64,000 bases of DNA from an uncultured delta proteobacterium (GTDB lineage Bacteria > Myxococcota > Myxococcia > Myxococcales > Myxococcaceae), in the NCBI GenBank assembly GCA_963771175.1, contig CAVYSY010000033.1, positions 192,001-256,000 on the forward strand. Reading direction: 5' to 3'. The translations under genes were made by a program, and so were the position numbers. The notes below the pieces were generated by a model. It had not been told where the DNA came from. It saw only the letters and a program-made list of their open reading frames with translations, and ran no database searches. Below, piece after piece: positions 22,730 through 36,461 of this stretch. Position 1 is the stretch's first letter, and every line of letters begins with the position of its first letter.

Positions 22730-23404
22730 TTGAGGAACCCGCTGCTCACCCTGGCCTTCGCCCTGCTCACCACGAGCGCCATGGCCAATGACCGAGCCAC
22801 CCTCCGCTACTCCCCTCCCCCGGGCGAGGAACGTCCCATGGTGGTGGAGGCGACCGTGGGCCCGCAGGGCGGTGACTTCGCGCTGCGGCTGCGCTTCAGC
22901 AAGCTGCCCTTCGGGAAGGAGTGCGGGAACCGCTGCGCCAACGTCACCTTGCTGTTCGACACCGACGCAAGCGCCCAGTCAGGCCTGAAGCTGCCCGACA
23001 AAGCGGCCGAGAAGGGCGCGGATCTGGCCATCATCGTCCAGGGTGTGCGCGACTTCTCCGGCGAGAACGGGGAGAGCTACCTGCGCGTGAAGGTGCGGCG
23101 GCTCGGCGAGGCCCGCACCGTGGATGAAGGCGAGCTGCTCGCCGAGCTGGACCACCGACGTGACTCGGATCGCATCCACATCGAGGACAACACCGTCTTC
23201 CTGCTCATCGACGCCAGCAACAACCTGCCCTCGGGCCGCAAGGTGCGCGTCGTCTACCACCCGCCCGGGAGCAATGCCCTCGAGGCCACCCTTCCCGGCA
23301 TGCTCAGTGGGAGTGCCAGCAGCGGCAATGTGATGATCTTCCGCCGCGGAGGCTGGGGGAAGGCGCCCCAGGGCGGCAAGCGCATCGGCGCCGAGAACAA
23401 GTAG
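22730..23404 (+). CDS. Exported hypothetical protein
   Basis: TTG start after GAGGAG; signal peptide ending AMA; beta-rich domain with CGNRC. Confidence 0.7.
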   Translation: MRNPLLTLAFALLTTSAMANDRATLRYSPPPGEERPMVVEATVGPQGGDFALRLRFSKLPFGKECGNRCANVTLLFDTDASAQSGLKLPDKAAEKGADLAIIVQGVRDFSGENGESYLRVKVRRLGEARTVDEGELLAELDHRRDSDRIHIEDNTVFLLIDASNNLPSGRKVRVVYHPPGSNALEATLPGMLSGSASSGNVMIFRRGGWGKAPQGGKRIGAENK

Positions 23405-23731
23405 GCACCAGCGGTCGGCCCATCGCACGCTACCCAGGCCGTCTGACGGCCTGGCGAGCGAGCCTACCGGCCATGTCAGTCCCACATGCGATATCCGCTC
23501 AATGGTTCGTCCGAGCTGCACCCGTGCCGCACGGCCTGGAAGCCCTCCACCCTACATGGGAGGACCAACAGGCCTGTCCCGGCCCCTTGCCTACCTACCC
23601 TTCAGATAGGCTCAAGCCGTTACCCCCAGTAAGCGGCCACAGTCACCCCTTGTCCCGGTCCCAACCCAGGCAAGCAAGCGTGCCAACCCCACTTCCGAGA
23701 CCTTCCCCCATGCGATTTCGTGGCCCAAATA

Positions 23732-23748
23732 CCTGAACAGGTGTATAG
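23732..23748 (-). promoter_or_regulatory. LexA (SOS) box, Myxococcus type
   Basis: Reverse complement CTATACACCTGTTCAGG matches consensus CTRHAMRYBYGTTCAGS at 17/17; about 160 nt upstream of the topoisomerase A gene. Confidence 0.75.
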
Positions 23749-23906
23749 CCATCTTCCCCCCGAGGCGTTGCAACCCCTCGAATTTGTTCCCTTTGACGGA
23801 GGGCCGTGGTAGTCCGCCGCCCTCACAGCATCCTGCTCCCGGAGCGCGGACTGCGCGAGCCGCGTCCCGCGTTCCATTGGGATACGGACGTTCCTGGCCT
23901 GAACAC

Positions 23907-26309
<2,403 letters not shown>

Positions 26310-26316
26310 CCGAGCG

Positions 26317-28269
<1,953 letters not shown>

Positions 28270-28277
28270 GACTCCGT

Positions 28278-28314
28278 CGGGGGCGGGCTCCGGGGACTCC
28301 CGGGACCGCCCCCG
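28278..28314 (+). terminator. GC-rich hairpin after the topoisomerase B gene
   Basis: CGGGGGCGG...CCGCCCCCG inverted repeat; no U-tract. Confidence 0.4.
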
Positions 28315-28372
28315 GTGTGTGGAGTGGGCATGGTGTGGTGCCCAGCCCCCGTGCTCGGCTAGCATCGCGGTC

Positions 28373-29842
28373 GTGCATCTGAAGACCCCCCTCGTCCTCT
28401 CGCTCGCGATCCTGTTGGGCACGACCGCAGGTCCGACCGAGGCCGCGCCTCGCCGTGGCTCGTCCGCTTCGGCGCGCAAGGCGCGCAAGGCGAAGAAGGC
28501 GCCGGTGGCCGAGCAGACCGCGCCCGCTCCGGAGACCGCGCCCGCTCCGGAGACCGCGCCCGCTCCGGAGACCGCGCCCACCCCGGCCGAGGCTCCGGAG
28601 GATGCACCGGTGGAGGCCCGAATCCAGGCCCCCATCCCGGCTCCGCCCGCCGAGCCGACCCCCGCCCCCCAGCCTCCGCAGTCCCCCCCTCCCGCGTGGG
28701 CGGGCCACGTCGCGGTGCTGGCCGTACCGGTGGATCGGGGCTCTTCCGAGTCAGCCACTCGCATCGAGACCGAGCTGCGCGACGCGCTCGGCGGCCGGGC
28801 GGACGTAAGGCTCGTGGACTTCACGAGCCTCTTCCCGCCTCCGCCTCCCATCTCCCTCAAGCAGGGCGATGCCCTCTTCGAGGCGGGCAGGAGCCTCTAC
28901 GACAACCTGGATCCGGAAGCCGCGGCGAAACAGTTCACCGAGGCGGCGGCCTTCTATGAACGCTACGCGGCGGACACGAAGCCCGAGCGACTGGGCCGCG
29001 TCTACATCTTCCTGGGCGCCTGCCGGCTGCTCAACGGGGATGTCGCCGGAGCGCAGGAGTCCTTCGGCCGCGCGCTGCTCGCCGCCCCCGGCCTCCAGCC
29101 CGAATCCGAGCTCTTCGGCCAGGAGGTGCATGACGCCTTCAACGCCGCGAAGGTAGGCCTCTCGCGCCAGCCGAAGGGCACGCTCGCCATCGACTCCGTC
29201 CCCTCCGGCGCGCAGGTGCTGCTGCACGGACAGAGCGTGGGCACCACGCCGTTGAAGGACGTGGAGTTCGCGCCCGGCCCCCATCAGGTGGTGCTCACCC
29301 TCTCCGGCTACGTCCCCTTCGGCGTCTTCCAGGACGTCGCCCCCTCTCAACGCAATACGTTGCGCCCCATGCTCGTGCCCACGCCCGGCCTGGCCTCGGT
29401 GCAGGATCTGGCCGCCAATGCGTCCTCCAAGCCGCTCGATGCCGAGCTGCTCCCCTCCGAGGTGGCCGCGCTTGGCGAGCGGCTCGGCGCGCGCTACGTG
29501 GTGCTCGCGGTGGTGAAGAAGGGGCGCGGGGACCGGGTGGAGGCCACGTTGAACGCGTGGGATGTGCAGATGAAGAATCGCCTGCTCGGGGTGGAGCTGC
29601 GGCCGGAGGAGGCCCGCGACCGCCAGGAGGCCGTGGAGAAGGTGCATGCATTCCTCACCGGAAAGCTGGTACCCACCCCCTCTCCCCTGCCCATCGCGCT
29701 GCCGGCGGTGGTGAAGAAGCCCTGGTTCTGGGCGGCAGTGGGCGGGGTGGCGGCGGCCACCACCGCGAGCATCCTGCTGGTGTCCCAGCCCAACAAGCCG
29801 CCACTGGGCGTCCGGCTGGGGAACCCCGGCGCCGGCTGGTAG
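28373..29842 (+). CDS. PEGA domain protein with TPR-like region and C-terminal hydrophobic segment
   Basis: Signal-like N-terminus; Pro-rich linker; LAIDSVPSGAQV..VGTTPL..PGPHQV; KKPWFWAAVGG. Confidence 0.82.
   Translation: MHLKTPLVLSLAILLGTTAGPTEAAPRRGSSASARKARKAKKAPVAEQTAPAPETAPAPETAPAPETAPTPAEAPEDAPVEARIQAPIPAPPAEPTPAPQPPQSPPPAWAGHVAVLAVPVDRGSSESATRIETELRDALGGRADVRLVDFTSLFPPPPPISLKQGDALFEAGRSLYDNLDPEAAAKQFTEAAAFYERYAADTKPERLGRVYIFLGACRLLNGDVAGAQESFGRALLAAPGLQPESELFGQEVHDAFNAAKVGLSRQPKGTLAIDSVPSGAQVLLHGQSVGTTPLKDVEFAPGPHQVVLTLSGYVPFGVFQDVAPSQRNTLRPMLVPTPGLASVQDLAANASSKPLDAELLPSEVAALGERLGARYVVLAVVKKGRGDRVEATLNAWDVQMKNRLLGVELRPEEARDRQEAVEKVHAFLTGKLVPTPSPLPIALPAVVKKPWFWAAVGGVAAATTASILLVSQPNKPPLGVRLGNPGAGW
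28515..28579 (+). repeat. 18-bp coding tandem repeat (ETAPAP), about 3.6 copies
   Basis: AGACCGCGCCCGCTCCGG x3 plus a partial copy. Confidence 0.9.
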
Positions 29843-29892
29843 CGTCCATTGCGCGAATGTCCATGCGAGTCCCGCGCCTCGAGGTCCAATCC

Positions 29893-31110
29893 ATGAAAGC
29901 CCTTGCGCTCGTCCTGCTCCCCACCCTCGCGCTGGCCGCCCCGCCCGCGGCGAGCCGGCGTATCACCTCGCTCATCGTGCCCATGGATTCCGCGGCCGAG
30001 GCGAGTGGCCCCAAGCTGGAGAGCTACATGAACGAGGCCCTGGCGCAGTTCCAGGGCTACACCGTGCGCAAGGCCGAGGACCTCTTCGGCCTGCCGCCGG
30101 ATGAGGAGGCCCAGGCAGCCCTCAAGCGCGGCGAGCAGGGCTACAAGGAGAGTCTCGACGCCTTCGAGAAGAAGGACTACGAGGACGCCGAGCGCAAGGC
30201 GCGAGCCACCCTCAAGGAGCTGCAGAAGGCCGCCGCGGCGATGACGACCTCCTGCAACCCGCTGTGCGATGCCACCGCCCTGTACGCCGCGGTGATGCAC
30301 CAGCGCGGTGATGGCGAGGAGGCCAAGCTGGCGCTGTTGGACCTGATGGCGCTCGACCCCGCCTACGAGCTGGACGCCAAGCGCTACAGCCGCGAGTTCC
30401 TCGCGCTCCGGATGCAGGTGTCCACGAGCGTCAACGCGGCGCTGCGCGGCGGAGCAACGGTGAAGTCCCGTCCGGCCGGCGCGCGCGTCTACATCGACAG
30501 CGAGTTCAGGGGCTACACCCCGGTGACGGTGCCGACGCTGGCCGTGGGCAAGCACCTGCTACGCCTGGAGCGCCCCGGCTTCCGCCAGTACGGACAGTTC
30601 CTCGAGGTGAGCCCGGACGACGTGGAGGTGAGCGCCGTGCTGGAGCCCACGGAGGCCTACAAGGCGTATGACTCGAAGCTGGACGCGATGGCCACCGAGG
30701 TGTCTCGGGGCAAGGGCTCCAGCCTCGCGGTGGCCGGGTTGGGCAAGGCGCTCGGGTTGGATCGGGGCATCGTGGGCACGGTGCGCAACCAGCCGGACAG
30801 CAACACCTCCGAGCTGGTGCTGGGCCTGTTCGACCTGAAGACCGGCAACCGGATGGGCAGCAAGCGCGTGGTGCTGCAGGGCGACGAGTTCGGTCAGCTC
30901 AAGGCGGAGGTGACCCGACTGGTCAATCAGCTTCTGAACACCGCCGACGGTGGTGGGGAGAAGGTGGTGAAGTCGTCGGATCCACTGGAGAACTCCCACG
31001 GCACGGACGAGTGGAACGGAGAGGATCGCGGCGGCAAGCGGCGCACCCAGGAGAAGAAGTCCAAGGGGGGAGATCCCCTGGAGTCAGTGAACGGTACCGA
31101 AGATTGGTGA
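29893..31110 (+). CDS. PEGA domain protein
   Basis: Signal peptide ending ALA; TPR-like helices; VKSRPAGARVYID..GYTPV..GKHLLRLERPG. Confidence 0.85.
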   Translation: MKALALVLLPTLALAAPPAASRRITSLIVPMDSAAEASGPKLESYMNEALAQFQGYTVRKAEDLFGLPPDEEAQAALKRGEQGYKESLDAFEKKDYEDAERKARATLKELQKAAAAMTTSCNPLCDATALYAAVMHQRGDGEEAKLALLDLMALDPAYELDAKRYSREFLALRMQVSTSVNAALRGGATVKSRPAGARVYIDSEFRGYTPVTVPTLAVGKHLLRLERPGFRQYGQFLEVSPDDVEVSAVLEPTEAYKAYDSKLDAMATEVSRGKGSSLAVAGLGKALGLDRGIVGTVRNQPDSNTSELVLGLFDLKTGNRMGSKRVVLQGDEFGQLKAEVTRLVNQLLNTADGGGEKVVKSSDPLENSHGTDEWNGEDRGGKRRTQEKKSKGGDPLESVNGTEDW

Positions 31111-31158
31111 GTCACGGCGCTTGTGCGCCGGAAAGCGGGGCCTAGAGTCCGGAGGGAC

Positions 31159-33642
31159 ATGCGTGCCCTCCTGCTCCTGTTGCTCCCAGGCCTCGCGCTC
31201 GCACAGACGGGGCTCATCGTCCAGCCAGCCACGCCTCCGCGCGGGGTGACGCTGCCCCCCACCTCCGCCGCGTTGGTGGACGAAGCCACCGCGCTCTCCG
31301 TCAACCCCGCGGGCCTGAATTTCGTGGGGCCCCCCCAGCTCTTCTACCTGCACGAGCGCAACCTCGCGCGCGACCAGGTGGGCGATGGGCTCTACCTCGG
31401 CACCCGCCTGCTGGATGGCCTGAGTGCGGGCTTCAGCCTGGAGTGGCTGCGCGGGCAGGGTCTGCCGGACTACCGGAAGACATCCTTCGGACTGGCGCTC
31501 GGCTCGCGGAAGCTGTCGCTCGGCGTGGGGTTCCACGGTTTCTCCTCGGACAACGCCGAGCTGGACCGGCTCAACGGCATCGACCTGGGCCTCACGGTGC
31601 GGCCCGCGCGCTTCCTCTCCGTGGGCGCGGTAATCAAGGACGTGAACGCGCCTGAGGAGGGGGCGTTCTCCCTGCCCCGGAGCTACAACCTCGCCGTGGG
31701 CGTGCGCCCCTTCGGCGAGCGCCTGACGCTGGGCGCGGACTACACCGCCACCGAGGGCCACTGGGACGACGGGCGCCTCACCTACACGGTGCAGGCCACC
31801 GTCCTCCCCGGCCTGGGGCTGGGCGCCGGCCTCTCGCATGGACTCGGGAGCGAGCGCGAGCTGGCGCTCCAGTTCGCCGCCACCCTGGACAGCTCGCGCT
31901 TCGGCATCACCTACGCGGGAGGCGGCGCCGAGGACGGCGGGCTCGACCACGTGGTGGCGGTGCGCCTCTCCAGCCAGAAGTACCCTTCCCTGCGCCTCGG
32001 CGGCGGGTCGGTGGCCCTGCTGGACCTGGATGACCGGCTGCGGCAGCGGTCGAGCCCCGCGCTGTCGCTGCTCGGCTTCTCGGAGTCGGACCCGTACATC
32101 CGGCTGGTGCGCTGGCTGGACCAGGCGGCGAAGGACCCGCGGCTCAAGGGCGTGCTGGTGAAGGTGTCGGACCTGCCGGGCGTGGACTGGGGCAAGGCGG
32201 AGGAACTGCGCCAGGCGGTGCTGCGGCTGCGCGCGGCCGGCAAGCGGGTGATGGCGGTGCTCTACAGCGTGGACGACCGGGCCTACTTCGTGGCCTCGGC
32301 CGCGGACGAGGTGTACGCGCTGCCCGGCTCCGCGCTCATCATCAACGGCCTGTCCGCGAGCGTCACCTACCTGGGCGGGACGATGGAGAAGCTGGGCGTC
32401 ACCTGGGACGTGGCGCGCGTGGGCGAGTACAAGACGGCCCCCGAGCAGCTCGTGCGCCGCGACATGAGCCCCGCGCAGCGCGAGACGATCGAGGCCTACC
32501 TGGACACCGAGGTGGGCCATTACGAGGCGGCGGTGGCGAAGGCGCGCAACATCCCCGTCGAGCGCCTCCGGGAGGCCTGGGCCTCGGGCCTGCTCACCGC
32601 CCAGCGCGCCAAGGAGTTGGGCCTGGTGAACGGGCTGCTGCTCCCCGAGGAGCTGGACAAGAAGCTGGCGGCCCTGGCCCCCGGGGCCCACTACGACCCC
32701 TACTACGCGCCGAGGGACGAGAGGGATCCGCGCTGGAGCGGACGCCGCCGCATCGCCGTGGTGCCGGTGCTGGGCACCATCGCCGGAGGCAAGAGCCGCG
32801 AGTCCCCGCTGGGCGGCGAGGCCATCGCCGGAGCGGAGACGGTGGCGCTCGCCCTGGAGCGGGCCCAGAGAGACCCGTCCGTGGTGGCCATCGTGGTGCG
32901 GGTGGACTCGGGCGGCGGCGACGTGCTGGCCTCGGAGCTGATGTACCGCGCGGTGCTGGAGGCGAAGAAGAAGAAGCCCGTCATCGCCTCCATGGGGGAC
33001 GTGGCGGCCTCGGGCGGCTACTACGCCTCCATGGGCGCGCATGAAATCTGGGCGTCCCCCACCACCCTGACGGGCAGCATCGGCGTCTTCTACCTCAAGC
33101 CCGCGCTGCGCGGCCTGCTGGGCGACAAGCTGGGGGTGAACCGGGAGACCATCTCCCGCGCCCCGATGGCGGACCTGCTCAGCCCCTGGAGGCCGTGGAC
33201 GGAGTCGGAGCAGAAGGCGGTGCAGGCCTGGGTGGACTCGGCCTACGACGACTTCATCACCGAGGTGTCCACCTCGCGCGGCCTGGAGAAGGCGAAGGTG
33301 GACTCCCTGGCTCGCGGGCGGGTGTGGTCCGGCTCGGCGGCGAAGGAGCGCGGGCTGGTGGACTCCCTGGGTGGGCTGATGGAGGCGGTGGACGCGGCAC
33401 GCAAGCGGGCCGGCGTGCCCACCACGGAGGAGTTGGATCTGGTACTGCTGGGCGAGTCGCACGGGCTGCTCTCCTCCCCGGGCGGAGAGCCGGGGGTGGC
33501 GCTGGCCAAACTCCTCCCCGCGCCCGAGCCCCTCCTGCCGCCGGGAGTACAAGCGCTCGTCCAGGAGGCGGGCCTGGATGCCCCCTGGATGGTGGAGTCC
33601 GGCCTGAAGGCCCTCCAGCCCTTCACCCTGACCGTCCGCTGA
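31159..33642 (+). CDS. sppA: Signal peptide peptidase SppA (tandem S49) with N-terminal beta-barrel-like domain
   Basis: GEYKTAPE, RVDSGGG, ASMGDVAASGGYY, TGSIGV, GRVWSG..GLVD; N-terminal NPAGL plus amphipathic strands. Confidence 0.9.
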   Translation: MRALLLLLLPGLALAQTGLIVQPATPPRGVTLPPTSAALVDEATALSVNPAGLNFVGPPQLFYLHERNLARDQVGDGLYLGTRLLDGLSAGFSLEWLRGQGLPDYRKTSFGLALGSRKLSLGVGFHGFSSDNAELDRLNGIDLGLTVRPARFLSVGAVIKDVNAPEEGAFSLPRSYNLAVGVRPFGERLTLGADYTATEGHWDDGRLTYTVQATVLPGLGLGAGLSHGLGSERELALQFAATLDSSRFGITYAGGGAEDGGLDHVVAVRLSSQKYPSLRLGGGSVALLDLDDRLRQRSSPALSLLGFSESDPYIRLVRWLDQAAKDPRLKGVLVKVSDLPGVDWGKAEELRQAVLRLRAAGKRVMAVLYSVDDRAYFVASAADEVYALPGSALIINGLSASVTYLGGTMEKLGVTWDVARVGEYKTAPEQLVRRDMSPAQRETIEAYLDTEVGHYEAAVAKARNIPVERLREAWASGLLTAQRAKELGLVNGLLLPEELDKKLAALAPGAHYDPYYAPRDERDPRWSGRRRIAVVPVLGTIAGGKSRESPLGGEAIAGAETVALALERAQRDPSVVAIVVRVDSGGGDVLASELMYRAVLEAKKKKPVIASMGDVAASGGYYASMGAHEIWASPTTLTGSIGVFYLKPALRGLLGDKLGVNRETISRAPMADLLSPWRPWTESEQKAVQAWVDSAYDDFITEVSTSRGLEKAKVDSLARGRVWSGSAAKERGLVDSLGGLMEAVDAARKRAGVPTTEELDLVLLGESHGLLSSPGGEPGVALAKLLPAPEPLLPPGVQALVQEAGLDAPWMVESGLKALQPFTLTVR

Positions 33643-33658
33643 CGTCATGGAGAGGACA

Positions 33659-33687
33659 CCGGGAGGCGAAATTCTCCGGCCTCCCGG
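33659..33687 (+). terminator. Hairpin after sppA
   Basis: CCGGGAGGC...GCCTCCCGG. Confidence 0.4.
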
Positions 33688-33909
33688 CCAGCCCTCTGTT
33701 AGTGTAGTGCATGGCGCTTTCAGGTCGGCCTCCAGGCCGCCTGGACGCTCCAGGGGCCGGCGGTTTCGGTCAGCGGGTAGCCCGTGCCAGTGCGCGGGAG
33801 TCCCGAAGACCCCGCGGCAGGCTTCTGTCCCACAGACATCGACCTCGCGCGCGTCTCGGCCGGGGGACCCCCCTCCCAGGGGACGCGCGCCGCAATTCCC
33901 GTAGGACCC

Positions 33910-35436
33910 ATGAGCGAAACCGACAACCGCGATCCCCGAGACCTGCCGTCCCCCGTGGCCGCCCGCGCCGAGACGCCGCCCGACCTGGACGACGGCGATG
34001 ACGAGGGCGACGAGGGCCCCGACGAGGGCGAGGGCTCGGCCTCCACGCCGGGGCAGCCCGGTGGTGGCCCGCAGCAGCCCGGCCAGGGAGGCCGCCGCCG
34101 CCGCCGCCGCCGCCGCCGCAAGGGCGCACAGGTGCAATTCACCCCGGACGGGCAGGCCTACCGCCTGGTGCCCGGGCCGGATGGCCAGCAGCAGCAGGTC
34201 TTCCTCACGCCGCAGGAGCTGCAGCAATACCAGCAGCGGCAACAGCAACAGCAACAGCAACAGCAGCAGCAGCCCCCTCAGCAGCAGCATCATCAGGGCG
34301 GCGGTCAGCCGAGGCACCATCAGCCGGCGCCCCAGCCCTCGCTGGCGCCGGTGGAGGGCGTGCTCGACACCGAGGCGAAGGGTCCCAACGCCTTCCTGCG
34401 GCAGCTCAAGCGCAACCTGCTGCCCGCGCCGGACGACGCGGAGATTCCGAAGAACCTGGTGCAGAAGATGCGGCTGCGCCCGGGCCAGTACATCAACGCC
34501 CTCGCGCAGTTGAAGGGCAACAAGGGCATCATCCAGCGAGTGGAGCAGGTGGACGGCCGCCCGCTGGAGCAGATGAGCCGCCTGCCGCACTTCGCGGACC
34601 TCACGTCCGTGGACCCGGTGGAGCGCATCAAGCTGGAGAACGGCCACCGCGAGATGGTGACGCGCGTGCTGGACCTGGTCTCCCCCATTGGCAAGGGCCA
34701 GCGTGCGCTCATCGTGGCGCCTCCGAAGACGGGCAAGACCATCATGCTGCAGCGCATCGCGCAGGCGGTGGTGGCCAACCATCCGGAGATCCACCTCATG
34801 GTGCTGCTCATCGACGAGCGCCCCGAGGAAGTGACGGACATGCGCCGCAGCATCAAGGCCGAGGTGCTGGCCTCGAGTTCGGACCGGCCGACGGGCGACC
34901 ACCTGAAGGTGGCCGAGCTGGCGCTGGAGCGGGCACGGCGCCTGGTGGAGAGCGGCAAGGACGTGATGATCCTCCTGGACTCCATCACGCGACTGGCGCG
35001 CGCCTACAACAAGGAAGTGGACAACTCGGGCCGGACGCTCTCGGGCGGCGTGGACAGCCGCGCGCTGGAGCGGCCCAAGCGCATCTTCGGCGCGGCGCGA
35101 GCCACCGAGGAGGCCGGCAGCCTGACGATTGTGGGCACGGCGCTCATCGACACGGGCAGCCGCATGGACGAGGTCATCTTCGAGGAGTTCAAGGGCACCG
35201 GTAACTCCGAGGTGACGCTCGACCGGTTCCTGTCGGAGAAGCGCATCTTCCCGGCCATCAACATCGGCCAGTCGGGCACGCGCAAGGAGGAGAAGCTCTT
35301 CACCCACAAGGAGTACGAGAAGGTGAAGAAGATGCGCCAGATGCTCTTCTCGGTGAAGCCGGTGGAGGCCATGGAGGCGCTCGTCAAGCGGCTCAGCCGC
35401 TACACCTACAACGACGAGTTCCTCGAGGAGCTGTGA
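33910..35436 (+). CDS. rho: Transcription termination factor Rho with low-complexity N-terminal extension
   Basis: PIGKGQRALIVAPPKTGKT, LLIDERPEEVTD, LLDSITRLARAYN, IFEEFKGTGN, SGTRKEE. Confidence 0.96.
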   Translation: MSETDNRDPRDLPSPVAARAETPPDLDDGDDEGDEGPDEGEGSASTPGQPGGGPQQPGQGGRRRRRRRRRKGAQVQFTPDGQAYRLVPGPDGQQQQVFLTPQELQQYQQRQQQQQQQQQQQPPQQQHHQGGGQPRHHQPAPQPSLAPVEGVLDTEAKGPNAFLRQLKRNLLPAPDDAEIPKNLVQKMRLRPGQYINALAQLKGNKGIIQRVEQVDGRPLEQMSRLPHFADLTSVDPVERIKLENGHREMVTRVLDLVSPIGKGQRALIVAPPKTGKTIMLQRIAQAVVANHPEIHLMVLLIDERPEEVTDMRRSIKAEVLASSSDRPTGDHLKVAELALERARRLVESGKDVMILLDSITRLARAYNKEVDNSGRTLSGGVDSRALERPKRIFGAARATEEAGSLTIVGTALIDTGSRMDEVIFEEFKGTGNSEVTLDRFLSEKRIFPAINIGQSGTRKEEKLFTHKEYEKVKKMRQMLFSVKPVEAMEALVKRLSRYTYNDEFLEEL

Positions 35437-35470
35437 GCCGCTGAGCCGACTCACGCGCGACGAGGCGCAT

Positions 35471-35514
35471 CACGAGGGCCTGCTCTCCGCGTACGCGGGG
35501 GCAGGCCCTTCGTG
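35471..35514 (+). terminator. Long hairpin after rho
   Basis: AGGGCCTGC..CCGCG TA CGCGG..GCAGGCCCT. Confidence 0.5.
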
Positions 35515-35552
35515 CTGTAGCCTCCGCGCCAGCGAGAAAGGACGACCCCACC

Positions 35553-36332
35553 ATGCCCATGCTGCGCGTCGGAGACCTCGAGGTGAACTACCGCGAACGG
35601 GGCCAGGGAGAGCCCGTGGTGCTCATCCACGGCAACTGGACCACGAGCCTGTGGTGGCAGCCGACGCTCGAGCTGCTGCCGCCTGGATTTCGGGCCATCG
35701 CGTATGACCTGCGCGGACGCGGGCACACCCGAGGCCCCGACCACCTGCAGGCCATCCCCACGCTGGCGGAAGACCTCCACGGGCTGCTCGATGGCCTGGG
35801 GCTGATCCGCGTGCACCTGATTGGCCACTCGCTCGGCAGCGCGGTGGCGATGCAGCTCGCGCTCGACCACCCGGAGCGTGTGCACACCCTCACCCTGATG
35901 GCACCGGCCTGGGTCGATGGCATGCCCGCGGCGTACAACCTGCCCGCGCACCAGCTCGCGGCCCAGGACAACCGCGCCGTCTACGCCATGGCTCTACGTA
36001 GCATCGCCCCGACCGCTCCGGACAATGCGCTGTGGCAGCAGCTCATCGAAGAGGGACACCAGCAGCGCCGGGAGGCCACCCTGGCCACGCTCCAGGCCCT
36101 CGTGGACTGGGCCCCTGGCGAGCGACTGACCGCCCTACGTCCCCTTCCCTCTCTCGTGGTGAGCGGCACCAAGGACATGCTCTGCACCGTGGAATCGGGG
36201 CAGCGGTGTGCCAGCCTCATCGGCGCCCGCCAACACGTGATGAAGGGCGTGGGGCACTCGCCCAACCTGGAAGCCACGCGCGACTTCGTCGAGCTGTGGA
36301 AGGAGTTCCTCGCCCCGCACCGCGAGGGCTGA
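35553..36332 (+). CDS. Alpha/beta fold hydrolase
   Basis: LIHG, DLRGRG, GHSLG, GTKD, VGHSP. Confidence 0.92.
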   Translation: MPMLRVGDLEVNYRERGQGEPVVLIHGNWTTSLWWQPTLELLPPGFRAIAYDLRGRGHTRGPDHLQAIPTLAEDLHGLLDGLGLIRVHLIGHSLGSAVAMQLALDHPERVHTLTLMAPAWVDGMPAAYNLPAHQLAAQDNRAVYAMALRSIAPTAPDNALWQQLIEEGHQQRREATLATLQALVDWAPGERLTALRPLPSLVVSGTKDMLCTVESGQRCASLIGARQHVMKGVGHSPNLEATRDFVELWKEFLAPHREG

Positions 36333-36461
36333 AAACAGCCCTTCATCGCCCATTTCCAGACGATTGCCTGGACTCGAATCAGGGCGCTCCCGCTCCAGGT
36401 GGGAACACCCTGGTACGATTCGAGCTGACCAGGACGGAAGTTCCCGCGCGGGGGGAGTGAC

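Noticed and set aside
23669..23686. Sigma54-like TGGCACG..TTGC on the minus strand
   Set aside because: GG-to-GC spacing is 11 rather than 10, and it points at no gene start
28515..28579. Tandem repeat as a CRISPR array or regulatory repeat
   Set aside because: No spacers; in-frame Pro/Ala linker repeat
33688..33909. Riboswitch in the rho leader
   Set aside because: Only generic GC hairpins; no recognisable aptamer consensus
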